A DNA stretch of 64,000 nucleotides. Origin: a virus. Made by a program: the position numbers and the translations under genes. Every line of letters starts with the position of its first letter. The first letter of the stretch is position 1. The stretch covers positions 1-64,000 of the IMG/VR virus record IMGVR_UViG_3300044630_003053; one strand, given 5' to 3'. Positions 10,800-20,933 of this stretch are shown here, one piece after another. The notes beneath the pieces were generated by a model. The model searched no databases. It was not told the origin of the DNA and saw only the letters and a program-made list of their open reading frames with translations.

Positions 10800-11099
10800 A
10801 TGAACGAAACAAGAAGACCAACCAACAACTTAGACACGATAGTGTTCGAAGAATTGAACTTTCAACCACATCCGGCGGGAATGGGACAACAGTGCATAGT
10901 TCAATTCTCAAACGGATACGGGGCTAGTATAGTTCAAGGACCACACACCTACGGAGGTAAAGATGGTTTATATGAAATTGCCGTCTTTGGTAAAGATGGT
11001 GAAATATCCTACTCCACTCCAATTACGGACGATGTACTTGGTTATCTATCGGAAGAAGAGGTAGAAAAAACATTAACTGATATTAAAAATTTAGATTAA
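10800..11099 (+). CDS. hypothetical protein
   Basis: ORF. Confidence 0.45.
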   Translation: MNETRRPTNNLDTIVFEELNFQPHPAGMGQQCIVQFSNGYGASIVQGPHTYGGKDGLYEIAVFGKDGEISYSTPITDDVLGYLSEEEVEKTLTDIKNLD

Positions 11100-11392
11100 T
11101 GACAACTGAAACTAAATTTAGAGCAGGAATTGCAACTTCTTTATTAGGGTTGGTGATGATGACATTTGCCTATCTTGAAAAAGATAGGAAGTACAATGAA
11201 ACCTATGATAAATTAACCCATACACGGGATAGTTTATCTACTCAAAAAACATTGTCAGATAGTTTACACGATGAATTATTCATTTCAAAGGTTGAAAATG
11301 GTAGACACGAGTTTACCAGAGAATACTTCTTTGGTAAACACCCAAAACTACAATTAGAATACGAAAATTATTTACATCACGAAACGGAATAA
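11099..11392 (+). CDS. hypothetical membrane protein
   Basis: ORF, one TM. Confidence 0.45.
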   Translation: MTTETKFRAGIATSLLGLVMMTFAYLEKDRKYNETYDKLTHTRDSLSTQKTLSDSLHDELFISKVENGRHEFTREYFFGKHPKLQLEYENYLHHETE

Positions 11393-11395
11393 AAC

Positions 11396-11719
11396 ATGTC
11401 AGATGAAGAATTTAGAAAACATATTAGTGGTGACCTAAATTTAGGTGGAACAAAATACTTAAACATAAAGGCCAGTACTATTATTAGTATGAACGAACAA
11501 TTTACAGTTTATACAGAAGATGGACCAAAGTATTTAAATGTTAATATAAGTGCGGATTTTGATGAAATACCAAAAAAATATCATGAGGTATTTTTAAATG
11601 TATTGACTTCAAAATATTCAAACTCGGTTTCATTTGGGAATAATCCATTTTCGGAATGTAAACCAGTTCAAAAAAAGAAGTGGTGGCAGTTTTGGAAAAC
11701 AGAATATTTCACAATTTAA
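11396..11719 (+). CDS. hypothetical protein
   Basis: ORF. Confidence 0.45.
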   Translation: MSDEEFRKHISGDLNLGGTKYLNIKASTIISMNEQFTVYTEDGPKYLNVNISADFDEIPKKYHEVFLNVLTSKYSNSVSFGNNPFSECKPVQKKKWWQFWKTEYFTI

Positions 11720-11729
11720 AAATATACAC

Positions 11730-11882
11730 ATGAAGTACGCAGCATTATTGATGTTTGTTACGGGTTTATGGATTGCTTATGAGATTTGGAGAGCACCATT
11801 ACTTGAAGAAACTGAAAATGGTAATTATAAAACTAAGAGACCAACTAAAAAACTAAGTGACTTATGGCGAAAGCGAAACTAG
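11730..11882 (+). CDS. small membrane protein
   Basis: internal ATG of ORF 11634-11882 chosen to avoid overlap with the previous gene. Confidence 0.3.
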   Translation: MKYAALLMFVTGLWIAYEIWRAPLLEETENGNYKTKRPTKKLSDLWRKRN

Positions 11883-12109
11883 TATACGATTTAAACGAAC
11901 CAGATGATGTAATGGCACATAAAAGAGCCGTTAAATCATTGGATTTAGCATTAGCACTATGGACCATAACTCATAACACTAAGAAAGGGTTGGAGTGGTC
12001 TATGGAGGGAAAAGAGATAGACAAATACGACGCTCTTGAGTTGGTGTTTGAAAAGATACATGAAATCATATCCGAACATAATATCGATTTAGACGATCTA
12101 ATTTTATGA
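11864..12109 (+). CDS. hypothetical protein
   Basis: ORF. Confidence 0.4.
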   Translation: MAKAKLVYDLNEPDDVMAHKRAVKSLDLALALWTITHNTKKGLEWSMEGKEIDKYDALELVFEKIHEIISEHNIDLDDLIL

Positions 12110-12132
12110 TATTTATCATATAAACAAATACT

Positions 12133-12543
12133 ATGGCATACTCAGATAAGGTCTTAGACCACTACTCAAACCCTAAAAACGTGGGGACATTGGACAAATC
12201 TAAATCAAATGTCGGTACTGGATTAGTCGGTGCTCCTGAATGTGGTGACGTAATGAGATTACAAATAGAGGTGGTTAACGATATCATTGTTGACGCTAAA
12301 TTTAAAACTTTTGGATGTGGTTCAGCTATCGCATCTTCTTCAGTTGCAACCGAATGGTTGAAAGGTAAGAGTTTAGATGAGGCGGTGACAATTGATAATA
12401 TGGATTTGGTAGAGGAGTTAAATCTTCCTCCAGTTAAAATACATTGTTCAGTATTGGCGGAAGATGCTATCAAATCAGCAATAAACGATTATAGAAAAAA
12501 ACAAGGATTAGAGGAAATAATCTTTGAGGAAACTCACATTTAA
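12133..12543 (+). CDS. iscU: Fe-S cluster assembly scaffold IscU/NifU-like
   Basis: LDHYSNPKNVG, GAPECGDVMRL, FKTFGCGSAIASSS, IHCSVLAEDAI: the three conserved Cys plus Asp of IscU. Confidence 0.85.
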   Translation: MAYSDKVLDHYSNPKNVGTLDKSKSNVGTGLVGAPECGDVMRLQIEVVNDIIVDAKFKTFGCGSAIASSSVATEWLKGKSLDEAVTIDNMDLVEELNLPPVKIHCSVLAEDAIKSAINDYRKKQGLEEIIFEETHI

Positions 12544-12866
12544 TGGTAACAGTATCAGAAAAAGCAGCAATTAAATTAAATTCACTTATTGAAGAAAGTG
12601 GGTTTCAAACTCCCTTTGTTAGAGTGGCTGTTAAAGGTGGTGGGTGCAGTGGATTATCATATGACCTTTCATTTGATACCGAGCAACAACCTGCCGATAC
12701 TCTTGCAGAAAACAATGGAGTAAAAATTTTAATAGACAACAAATCATTACTATATCTTTTTGGAACCGAATTAGATTTCTCTGATGGACTTAACGGTAAG
12801 GGATTTCAATTTATTAACCCAAATGCATCTCGTACTTGTGGATGTGGGGAAAGTTTCGCTCTTTAA
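12543..12866 (+). CDS. Fe-S cluster insertion protein IscA/HesB/ErpA family
   Basis: GGGCSGLSY...CGCGESF C-terminal motif; start ATGA-overlaps iscU. Confidence 0.8.
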   Translation: MVTVSEKAAIKLNSLIEESGFQTPFVRVAVKGGGCSGLSYDLSFDTEQQPADTLAENNGVKILIDNKSLLYLFGTELDFSDGLNGKGFQFINPNASRTCGCGESFAL

Positions 12867-12915
12867 TTTTTTTATGTGAATAATTTTTTGTATATTTTAT
12901 ATATAAATTTTATTC

Positions 12916-13452
12916 ATGGTTACAGAAGAAGAAATTATCGAACATGTAAAAAGTTTATCTTATCAAGATAAAATAAAACTAATCAATAAAATTACCCCAT
13001 TAAAAGATTTCAATAATCAAAAATATAGGGATAAGATTATGAGAGAGATGTTTGATATTCCAGAAACAAAGGGGTATTATGGTCCTGATTCAGAAACCAC
13101 ATCCCTTAAATCCGTTTCAATAACCCCAACCAAAAATAAAACATATAATATTACTAAAGGAAAAACTTTAGGTATATTGGGTAGAATTGATAAGGTCAGT
13201 ACACATGACAATTCAGACACCATATTTGGTTTATTTAGTGAGGAAGGGGAAATTAAATTTGTTGTATTAGTTCATAGTGATGAGAATCTAGATAATCTTT
13301 TTAAAATGGAAAGAGAAATTAAACAAAAGAAGATGGAAAACGCTAAGAACAAATATGACGGGGTTACAATTAATTTCAAAGTCATTTTAAAATATAATTT
13401 ATCATATAAAATTTTATATAAAAGTGACGATATTATATTAAAACACATTTAA
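12916..13452 (+). CDS. hypothetical protein
   Basis: ORF. Confidence 0.45.
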   Translation: MVTEEEIIEHVKSLSYQDKIKLINKITPLKDFNNQKYRDKIMREMFDIPETKGYYGPDSETTSLKSVSITPTKNKTYNITKGKTLGILGRIDKVSTHDNSDTIFGLFSEEGEIKFVVLVHSDENLDNLFKMEREIKQKKMENAKNKYDGVTINFKVILKYNLSYKILYKSDDIILKHI

Positions 13453-13462
13453 ATTTAAAACT

Positions 13463-13744
13463 ATGCCAGAATTTACATCAGAAGTAGACATCGACCCAAG
13501 TGAATTTATTGAGTCTTGTAGTAAGAAAGAAAAAGACAGATTAGTTGAAATCCTTATTGAGGATGGATACATTCAATCAGACCAAGAAACTAAGAGTACT
13601 AACAATGGTGTCCGTAGACCGAACATTAATGACCAAACATTTTGGGAAAGTTTAGAACGTCTTGCAAAGTGTAGGCATTTATTATCCATCGAAGAAGAGA
13701 ACTTCATCAATAACCTATCTAACAAGTTCAAATACATACGTTAA
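13463..13744 (+). CDS. hypothetical protein
   Basis: ORF. Confidence 0.4.
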   Translation: MPEFTSEVDIDPSEFIESCSKKEKDRLVEILIEDGYIQSDQETKSTNNGVRRPNINDQTFWESLERLAKCRHLLSIEEENFINNLSNKFKYIR

Positions 13745-14358
13745 TGAAAGTACTTGAGTTATTTGCGGGTAGTCGTTCAGTAGGAAAGATTGCAGAAGAA
13801 TTAGGAATGGAAGTATTTTCATCTGATTTAATTGAATTTGAGGGTATTCATTACCCAATTAGTATATTAGATTTTGATGTATCTAAAGTTCCGTTTCAAC
13901 CCGATGTAATTTGGGCATCTCCACCATGTACTGGTTTCAGTGTTGCAGCAATCGGTCACCACTGGTCAGGAGGTAAAGGTGCTTATATACCTAAAACAGA
14001 AACCGCAAAGTTGGGTATTGAATTAGTTAGAAAGACATTAGAAATTATTAATCACTTCCAACCAACATATTGGTTTATGGAAAACCCACGAGGTGTTCTT
14101 CGTAAGTTAGATGTTGTTAAAGGATTGAAAAAGAATTCTGTAACTTATTGCCAATATGGTGACGAGAGAATGAAACCAACTGACATATGGACTAACAGTG
14201 ATGTGTGGACTCCAAAACCAATGTGTAAGAATGGTGACCCATGTCACGTTGCCGCACCAAGAGGTAGTAGAACAGGAACACAAGGTCGAGCCAACGCTTA
14301 CGAAAGAAGTAAGATACCGGCAGATTTATGTTTAGAAATATTAAAAAGTTGTTTATGA
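13744..14358 (+). CDS. short C5-methyltransferase-like protein (204 aa)
   Basis: LELFAGSRSVG (motif I-like), PPCTGFS (PC motif), ENPRG (ENV-like); lacks TRD and motifs IX/X, so DNA-MTase activity is uncertain. Confidence 0.5.
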   Translation: MKVLELFAGSRSVGKIAEELGMEVFSSDLIEFEGIHYPISILDFDVSKVPFQPDVIWASPPCTGFSVAAIGHHWSGGKGAYIPKTETAKLGIELVRKTLEIINHFQPTYWFMENPRGVLRKLDVVKGLKKNSVTYCQYGDERMKPTDIWTNSDVWTPKPMCKNGDPCHVAAPRGSRTGTQGRANAYERSKIPADLCLEILKSCL

Positions 14359-14585
14359 TAGATTTAGTAGGGTGGGCGGCATCCTTTGTTGTTTTAGTGT
14401 CTATGACATTTAAAACAATGTGGAAATTAAGATTGGTGAACTTAGTTGCGTGTGTTATGTGGATAGTGTATGGATATCTTATATCAAATAACCCAACCAT
14501 ATTTGTAAATTTTGCAATATTGGTTACGCACATAATTTGGTTTATTAAAAACAAAGTACATGAAAATCAAACACCCGTTAGTTAA
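14328..14585 (+). CDS. small membrane protein
   Basis: two to three TM helices. Confidence 0.35.
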   Translation: MFRNIKKLFMIDLVGWAASFVVLVSMTFKTMWKLRLVNLVACVMWIVYGYLISNNPTIFVNFAILVTHIIWFIKNKVHENQTPVS

Positions 14586-15237
14586 AGGTGTGGTTAAAGA
14601 AGTGGCACCTCGAATATATTGTGTAACTATTGATGATGATTATGATAGAGCAATGTTATTCTGCCGATACCAAGAATTTTACGAGTCTCCATATAAAAAG
14701 TTCAGAGGTAAACCATTCACTTGGATGGAGTACATGAGACATTATAAAACCGTTTGGAAGAAAGGAGTATTCACTTATCCCGAAGATTGGTCAGGTTATA
14801 ATATTCCATGTAACATGATACAACAAGCACATCATATATTTTGTGGTGAAACTGAGTACGATAATATAATGAATGACATTTATTGGCATTGTGAAAAGGA
14901 TTCAATGGAAAAAAATGACGGTAGACAAACTGATTGGTATTTGATTGGTGCAAGTAGTAAAGACTTAAAGACAATGGACCACGAGATTGCACATGGTTTA
15001 TATTTCACCAATAATGAATACAAAAAATTAGTTAGTAAACTCATAAAACAAATCAAACCAACTCATTATGAGAAGTTAAAAAAGAAACTAATCAAGATGG
15101 GATATGTGGACGATAAAAAGATTATTGATGATGAGATTCAAGCATTTATGTCGACCGGATTATATAATGGTTTAGACACGAAGGAGTTAAAAAAGTACGA
15201 AAAAGATTTTGAAAAGAACTTTAAGAAATTCATATAA
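14560..15237 (+). CDS. putative zinc metallopeptidase (HExxH)
   Basis: MDHEIAHGLYF zincin motif. Confidence 0.45.
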   Translation: MKIKHPLVKGVVKEVAPRIYCVTIDDDYDRAMLFCRYQEFYESPYKKFRGKPFTWMEYMRHYKTVWKKGVFTYPEDWSGYNIPCNMIQQAHHIFCGETEYDNIMNDIYWHCEKDSMEKNDGRQTDWYLIGASSKDLKTMDHEIAHGLYFTNNEYKKLVSKLIKQIKPTHYEKLKKKLIKMGYVDDKKIIDDEIQAFMSTGLYNGLDTKELKKYEKDFEKNFKKFI

Positions 15238-15279
15238 AATACCATTTTAAAGATATATATGTAATGTAAAAAAACATAT

Positions 15280-15705
15280 ATGATTGAAAAATTTGATCCA
15301 TATCATCAACACCTTTTAATGAAAATTTGGATTAACCACCCACCAAAAGAGGTTGAGACTTTAAATAAATGGTTTGTTGATTTAGTTCACAAAGTAAAAA
15401 TGGAAGTAGTCGGTGGTCCAACGAGTGTTTATGTGGACTATCCAGGTAATGAGGGTTTAACGGGGACAGTTACTCTTGCGACCTCACACTCATCAATACA
15501 CATATGGGACCAAGACCAACCGGCGATGGCTCAATTTGACATTTATAGTTGTAAATGTTTCTCATTGTCAGATGTGTTAGAACAATTTGAACCTTGGGGT
15601 ATTGTTAATGCGGAGTGGGTAATGATTGATAGAAATAGTAAACCAACGGTAATATCCGAAGGTACTTGGTCTCCACAAATTGAATATATTAACGAAAACT
15701 CTTAA
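15280..15705 (+). CDS. S-adenosylmethionine decarboxylase proenzyme (SpeH/SpeD class 1 like)
   Basis: TSHSSIHIWDQD...FDIYSCK parallels the ESHISIHTWPE...VFTCG self-processing region. Confidence 0.65.
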   Translation: MIEKFDPYHQHLLMKIWINHPPKEVETLNKWFVDLVHKVKMEVVGGPTSVYVDYPGNEGLTGTVTLATSHSSIHIWDQDQPAMAQFDIYSCKCFSLSDVLEQFEPWGIVNAEWVMIDRNSKPTVISEGTWSPQIEYINENS

Positions 15706-15751
15706 TATAATTAAAAATATTTCATATATTTGTATAGGTTAATAACATTAT

Positions 15752-16342
15752 ATGAAAGTAATATTTTTAGATCACGACGGAGTGATTTGTCTATCAACGG
15801 AATGGGGTGGTAGACACAAAAAACAAAAAAAATTAGGACGTAAGTTAAGTCAATCGGTAGAATCTTTACCGGTTGACGCGCGCTTTGACAATTTTAATAA
15901 GAAAGCAATTGGAATACTAAATGAAATATTGGAAGAAACTGATGCTGAAATCGTTGTCTCATCTGATTGGAAAAGATGGGCCACTGTTGAGGAGATGGGT
16001 GAATATTATGAGTTACAGGGAATCAAAAAGAAACCCATAGCATTCACAAAGAAACTAATTGATAGTGACGTACCTCAAAATTTTGTATGGTCACCAAGAT
16101 GGGAATTAGAACAAGAACGTTCAATCGAGATTAACCAATACCTACAAGACCACCCTGAGATTACTCATTGGGTTGCGGTAGACGACCTGAATATGGGTAT
16201 ACCTCAAACACATAATAGTTGGGGTGACATGGTAATGGAGTGGGGATTGACTAACTTTGTTTTAACACCAAAGAGTATTGAGGGTATTAAACAAACAGGA
16301 ATTAAAGAGAAAATTTTAAAATACTTAACTGATGATTTATAG
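15752..16342 (+). CDS. HAD-superfamily hydrolase-like protein
   Basis: FLDHDGVI (DxDGV motif I). Confidence 0.4.
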   Translation: MKVIFLDHDGVICLSTEWGGRHKKQKKLGRKLSQSVESLPVDARFDNFNKKAIGILNEILEETDAEIVVSSDWKRWATVEEMGEYYELQGIKKKPIAFTKKLIDSDVPQNFVWSPRWELEQERSIEINQYLQDHPEITHWVAVDDLNMGIPQTHNSWGDMVMEWGLTNFVLTPKSIEGIKQTGIKEKILKYLTDDL

Positions 16343-16694
16343 GACTAGAAAGTTGATTAAACCAGGTGACTTAAACCCAAGAGGAACTTTATTTGGTGGT
16401 CAATTATTAAAATGGATTGATGAGGAGGCGGCAATCTTTGCCATTTGTCAGTTAGGTAGTCCTAATATCGTAACTAAAGCAATGTCTGAGATTGATTTTG
16501 TAACTACCGCAAAGCTCGGAGATGTTATTGAATTTGGTATGGACTTAGTTAAATTTGGAACAACATCGGTTACGTTATGTTGTGATGTTAGAAACAAAAA
16601 CACTAAACAATCAATCATTAAAATAGATAAAATCATTTTCGTTCTATTAGATGAAAATGGTAAACCTAAAGCACACAATAAAAAGAATAAATAA
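16332..16694 (+). CDS. acyl-CoA thioesterase (hotdog fold, YciA-like)
   Basis: GTLFGGQLLKWIDEEAAI motif. Confidence 0.65.
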   Translation: MIYRTRKLIKPGDLNPRGTLFGGQLLKWIDEEAAIFAICQLGSPNIVTKAMSEIDFVTTAKLGDVIEFGMDLVKFGTTSVTLCCDVRNKNTKQSIIKIDKIIFVLLDENGKPKAHNKKNK

Positions 16695-16695
16695 T

Positions 16696-16866
16696 ATGGA
16701 ATACTTAATTTTATTTTTGGTCATATTCATTGTTATTGGATTTATTTCATGGAGGTGGGTTGTTGGTATTGATTACATGCAAAAAAATCATCCCGATTAC
16801 AAAGGTGATGATTTTCTTAATTGGGGTGATGAAGACAACCAAGATGATAAAAATCAAATCATGTAA
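16696..16866 (+). CDS. small membrane protein
   Basis: internal ATG (MEYLILFLV...) of ORF 16651-16866. Confidence 0.3.
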   Translation: MEYLILFLVIFIVIGFISWRWVVGIDYMQKNHPDYKGDDFLNWGDEDNQDDKNQIM

Positions 16867-17261
16867 TGGCAAAAAAGAAACCTGATTTAGTTGTATGGGA
16901 CGAAGAAAAAGGATATTATCAAAGGGAATTAACTTATGGTAGTAATCAGGGTGCGCCTGCGATTAAATTGGAGGATGTTGGTGGTTGGAAACAAATGCAA
17001 GCGGGAATTGCCAACAAACAATTTAAATCAAGATACGATGAGTTAAAGGAAGAGTTTCAAAAGTTAATTGATGAAGTTAATTGGAATGAATTAGTTTATC
17101 AATCATCTTACTCATTCATACCGGTTATGGGTGAAACTTATCACTTATATGTTAGGGAAGATGAGTCAACATTTCTATCCTTAATTCACCCCACACAATG
17201 GAATAAAAAATATGTCGGGTCCTTCAAACTAGACTCAACACAAAAATGGATAAAAGTATAG
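16866..17261 (+). CDS. hypothetical protein
   Basis: ORF. Confidence 0.45.
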   Translation: MAKKKPDLVVWDEEKGYYQRELTYGSNQGAPAIKLEDVGGWKQMQAGIANKQFKSRYDELKEEFQKLIDEVNWNELVYQSSYSFIPVMGETYHLYVREDESTFLSLIHPTQWNKKYVGSFKLDSTQKWIKV

Positions 17262-17282
17262 GTTTGTTATATTTATATTGAT

Positions 17283-18638
17283 ATGAAGAAGAATTTAATC
17301 GAACAGCTGGAAAGAATCCACAGACTTAACTATGGTAAAGAAGCCATCAAAGAAGGGTTTTTAGATAATATCCTTAAGGCTGTCGGTGTTAAAAAGACTG
17401 ACAATCCTAAGAAAGCTGATTTAGTCTCTGACGACGTTGAGTCATTTTATAGTACGTTAGAAGATGCCGCTAATTCTGGTGGTTTGTCACAACAACAAAA
17501 GGGTTCGATGAATTTCCAAAAGAATGTTGAATCGATGCAAATTGGTTTAAAACTATTGGGTTATGAATTACCAAGATATGGTGTTGATGGTCTTTTTGGA
17601 CCTGAAACTGCATCCGCGGTTGGTAAGTTTACAAGTGAAAAAGTAAGTGGTGATACTAAAACCGCAATTAATGAGGCGTTTGTTCGATTGGGTGATACGA
17701 GTTATTCTAACGTAAAATTTGACGGTGATGGGACTCAAAATGACCAAATAAATCAACCACTATTGGATGATTTACAGACGGCAGCATCTAATGCGGGTGT
17801 GACTGTTACAATAACAACTGCAAAATCTGGACACGGAAATTTAACAATAAATGGAAGACCGAGTAGACACGCCACAAATACTGCTGTTGATATTGCAATA
17901 TTAGATGGTATTGGTGCGGGTGGAGCATCAAACAAATCCAATGGTAACCCAAAATTTAGAGAATTAGGTAATAGAGTAAAGAACGAGTTAATTAATATAG
18001 GTTATTCATTAAACGCCGAGGGTGGTAATCAAAAAGCGGTATTATGGCAAACAGACATCGGAGGCAATCACTATAATCATTTACACGTATCTAATAAAGA
18101 AGGAGTTTCAGGTTCTGCACCATCAGAAACGATGGCTAAAGCAACACCCGAAATGCTTAAAAAATTAATTGAATTATTAAAAGAAAAAGGAGTTACTTCT
18201 GAAGATTTAAAAAAGAATATTGACACAATAAATGTTGATGATTTGGCAGATAAGAACTTCTACGCTAAGTTACTAGAAAACTTAGGAGCACCGATTAGTG
18301 ATGAAAATATGAAATTCATGTACGCTTGGAGACAAGCTGAAGGTAGAGGAGGTACATACAATCCATTCAACACAACGTGGAATCTACCAAATTCAACCAC
18401 GATGAATAGTGCAGGTGTTAGAAATTACACATCGTTAGAAGATGGAATGGTTGCAACTGTTAAAACCCTAAAAAATGGTAGATACGATTGTATTGTTAAC
18501 GGACTAAAGAATGATATCGGAGCATCCAACATTGCAAGATGTGAATCCCTTAAAACTTGGGGTACGGGTGATTTAGTTGCCAAAGTTGTTAATAGTTATA
18601 ACAACGGAGCAAATCCCAAAATATCCGGTTTAGCGTAA
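17283..18638 (+). CDS. peptidoglycan-binding domain protein, putative cell-wall hydrolase
   Basis: LGYELPRYGVDGLFGPETASAVGKF = PG_binding_1 motif; large C-terminal domain. Confidence 0.5.
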   Translation: MKKNLIEQLERIHRLNYGKEAIKEGFLDNILKAVGVKKTDNPKKADLVSDDVESFYSTLEDAANSGGLSQQQKGSMNFQKNVESMQIGLKLLGYELPRYGVDGLFGPETASAVGKFTSEKVSGDTKTAINEAFVRLGDTSYSNVKFDGDGTQNDQINQPLLDDLQTAASNAGVTVTITTAKSGHGNLTINGRPSRHATNTAVDIAILDGIGAGGASNKSNGNPKFRELGNRVKNELINIGYSLNAEGGNQKAVLWQTDIGGNHYNHLHVSNKEGVSGSAPSETMAKATPEMLKKLIELLKEKGVTSEDLKKNIDTINVDDLADKNFYAKLLENLGAPISDENMKFMYAWRQAEGRGGTYNPFNTTWNLPNSTTMNSAGVRNYTSLEDGMVATVKTLKNGRYDCIVNGLKNDIGASNIARCESLKTWGTGDLVAKVVNSYNNGANPKISGLA

Positions 18639-18713
18639 ATTTATATAATTTTATTAGTATTTTCTTGGATTTATCAAATATAATCGGTATTTTAGTATTC
18701 TAAAACCTATTAT

Positions 18714-18953
18714 ATGCCAAAAGAAACATGTATCTTGTGTGGTAAAGAAACACACGAAGAAATAACAACACACGTGGATTTCAGAACTGGTTATGTCGAT
18801 GGAGCGGGACAATTATGTATTGAATGTTATCGAAAAGGTAACTCATCAAGTAGAAATCACATAATGATACCAGAGGATTATATAAGCGATTACCCTAACG
18901 ATATGGAGTTAGGTTCAAAAGTTAGAGAATTTTATCACAACTCATATAAGTAA
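18714..18953 (+). CDS. small Cys-rich protein
   Basis: CILCGK...CIECY. Confidence 0.35.
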   Translation: MPKETCILCGKETHEEITTHVDFRTGYVDGAGQLCIECYRKGNSSSRNHIMIPEDYISDYPNDMELGSKVREFYHNSYK

Positions 18954-18954
18954 C

Positions 18955-19422
18955 ATGAACATTTTCTTTTTAGATTGGAACCCAAAAAAATGTGCAGAAT
19001 ACCATAACGATAAACACGTCGTCAAAATGATATTAGAAACTGCCCAATTACTTTGTGGTGCACATTGGGCAACCGGTGGAGAGGCTCCTTATAAGTTATC
19101 CCACAAGAATCATCCTTGTTCTGTGTGGGTTAGAGAGGATTTACAGAATTATATTTGGTTAGTTGACTTAGGGTTCAACCTATGTCAAGAATATACATAT
19201 CGATACGGAAAACGTCATAAAACACAGGATATTATTGAGTGGTGTGCTTATCACAGACCAAAAATTAAGGATTTAGAATTCACGCCACCAGCACTTGCAA
19301 TGCCCGATAATTATAAAGTGTACGATGACACCATCCAATCTTATAGAAATTATTATCTTGGAGATAAAAAGGAATTTTGTAAATGGAAAGGTAGAGAAAC
19401 TCCAGAATGGTTCCAATTGTAA
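18955..19422 (+). CDS. hypothetical protein
   Basis: ORF. Confidence 0.45.
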   Translation: MNIFFLDWNPKKCAEYHNDKHVVKMILETAQLLCGAHWATGGEAPYKLSHKNHPCSVWVREDLQNYIWLVDLGFNLCQEYTYRYGKRHKTQDIIEWCAYHRPKIKDLEFTPPALAMPDNYKVYDDTIQSYRNYYLGDKKEFCKWKGRETPEWFQL

Positions 19423-19463
19423 TAATCCGAGTATTTATATAGATATAAGAAATCTACAACCAA

Positions 19464-20798
19464 ATGAAAGAAATATTAAAAAAAGATTTACTAGCTAAAT
19501 TGAACGAATCATCCCTTGAAATGGATGAAATGTCAAAATATAATCCAGGTAGAGAAGAAAAGAATCCATGGGATGAAACTCCTGAAGAAAGAGAAGAAAG
19601 ACAAAGATTTGAGAAAAGATCTGTAACAAAGTCTTATCGTTTTCAGAAACCTCCGATTGGTACAAGACCAGAAGATATGCCACCGGTTGATATTTGGATT
19701 TATAATCCAACAAAAGACCCACAAGGTGAGAAAACTGCAGTTATACCAACAGGTTTAGAACCAATTACTGAAGAGCAATTAAAGGCGGCAAACCCTAAGT
19801 TTTTTGAATGGGCTCAAAAAGAAATGGGAGATAGAATTCATATCATTCGAATGAAAAAAGTTCATCATGACCCTCTTGAGCCAGGTAAAGCTAAACCCTC
19901 ACCTAAAGCACTTGGTCTTAGACAAAAAACTAATTTAAGTTTTGAAACTAAAGATTCTGGCCCAACGAGTGAAAGAGAAAAAATATTAAGAAGTTTTAAC
20001 CCAATTGTTAGTAGAGTATTAATTAATCAAGAAGTAAACGATAAGTTAATCGAATCTGGATTCCCTCCGTTAAAAATGCCTGACCAAATGTTTAAAGGTC
20101 AAAAGGCGGCAATTGATAGACATAGTACAATTGGTAATAGTGAAATTAATTTTGGCGGACACAACTATGATTTCTATTTAAACATTGCGGATTTTGCACA
20201 AGCGAATGAAGATAGATTATATGGAGATGCTCCAAGTGTTGATATTTTAACCACTCACATGCCTCGTCAATACAATCCAGGTGCTAACTGGGATGCATTA
20301 AGACCTACCGAGAATATGGATTTAAATTATAAAAATGATCCATTAACTCCATTGTTAAAATTAGCGAAGAGAGGATATCGTCCTGAAGATAGAGATGTTG
20401 CCGTTTCAAGTAGTATCTCAATTAGAGGTATTGAAAGAATACAAAATGATGGTAATTCAATATTTGAATGGACCGTTGATTTCAGTACATTAATTGGTAA
20501 GAAATTAAAAGACCAAATGAGAATTGCTGGTAATAATAGACAAAAAGATAAAAACTTTACATGTACGGAATCATCTGTACCATTTTTATGTGCGGGTAAT
20601 CCATTACAATATAGTGAATGTGTTGAGGCTTTAGTTAAATGTTTAAATAAAGTTAAGGGTGACATCTTATCAATGGATGTTACTGCGGAATTAGAATCAA
20701 GAAGTGTTGTTGATAGAAGTGATATCACACAAAGAATGAATGAAGATACCATATCTAAGTTAGTATCGAACATTATGAAACAAATAAAAAGAAATTAA
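19464..20798 (+). CDS. hypothetical protein (444 aa)
   Basis: ORF followed by terminator. Confidence 0.5.
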   Translation: MKEILKKDLLAKLNESSLEMDEMSKYNPGREEKNPWDETPEEREERQRFEKRSVTKSYRFQKPPIGTRPEDMPPVDIWIYNPTKDPQGEKTAVIPTGLEPITEEQLKAANPKFFEWAQKEMGDRIHIIRMKKVHHDPLEPGKAKPSPKALGLRQKTNLSFETKDSGPTSEREKILRSFNPIVSRVLINQEVNDKLIESGFPPLKMPDQMFKGQKAAIDRHSTIGNSEINFGGHNYDFYLNIADFAQANEDRLYGDAPSVDILTTHMPRQYNPGANWDALRPTENMDLNYKNDPLTPLLKLAKRGYRPEDRDVAVSSSISIRGIERIQNDGNSIFEWTVDFSTLIGKKLKDQMRIAGNNRQKDKNFTCTESSVPFLCAGNPLQYSECVEALVKCLNKVKGDILSMDVTAELESRSVVDRSDITQRMNEDTISKLVSNIMKQIKRN

Positions 20799-20848
20799 CC
20801 TCTCCTTGGTAATTTCCAAGGACTGACCTACGTAGGGTTTCAGTTAGT

Positions 20849-20876
20849 CCCCCAAAGAAATTTGGGGGATTTTTTT
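20849..20876 (+). terminator. rho-independent terminator
   Basis: CCCCCAAAGAAATTTGGGGG hairpin plus TTTTTTT. Confidence 0.6.
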
Positions 20877-20933
20877 GCAATATTTTGGAATATCAATAAT
20901 AATATTTATTTTTGTGTTATAAACTAACTCACA

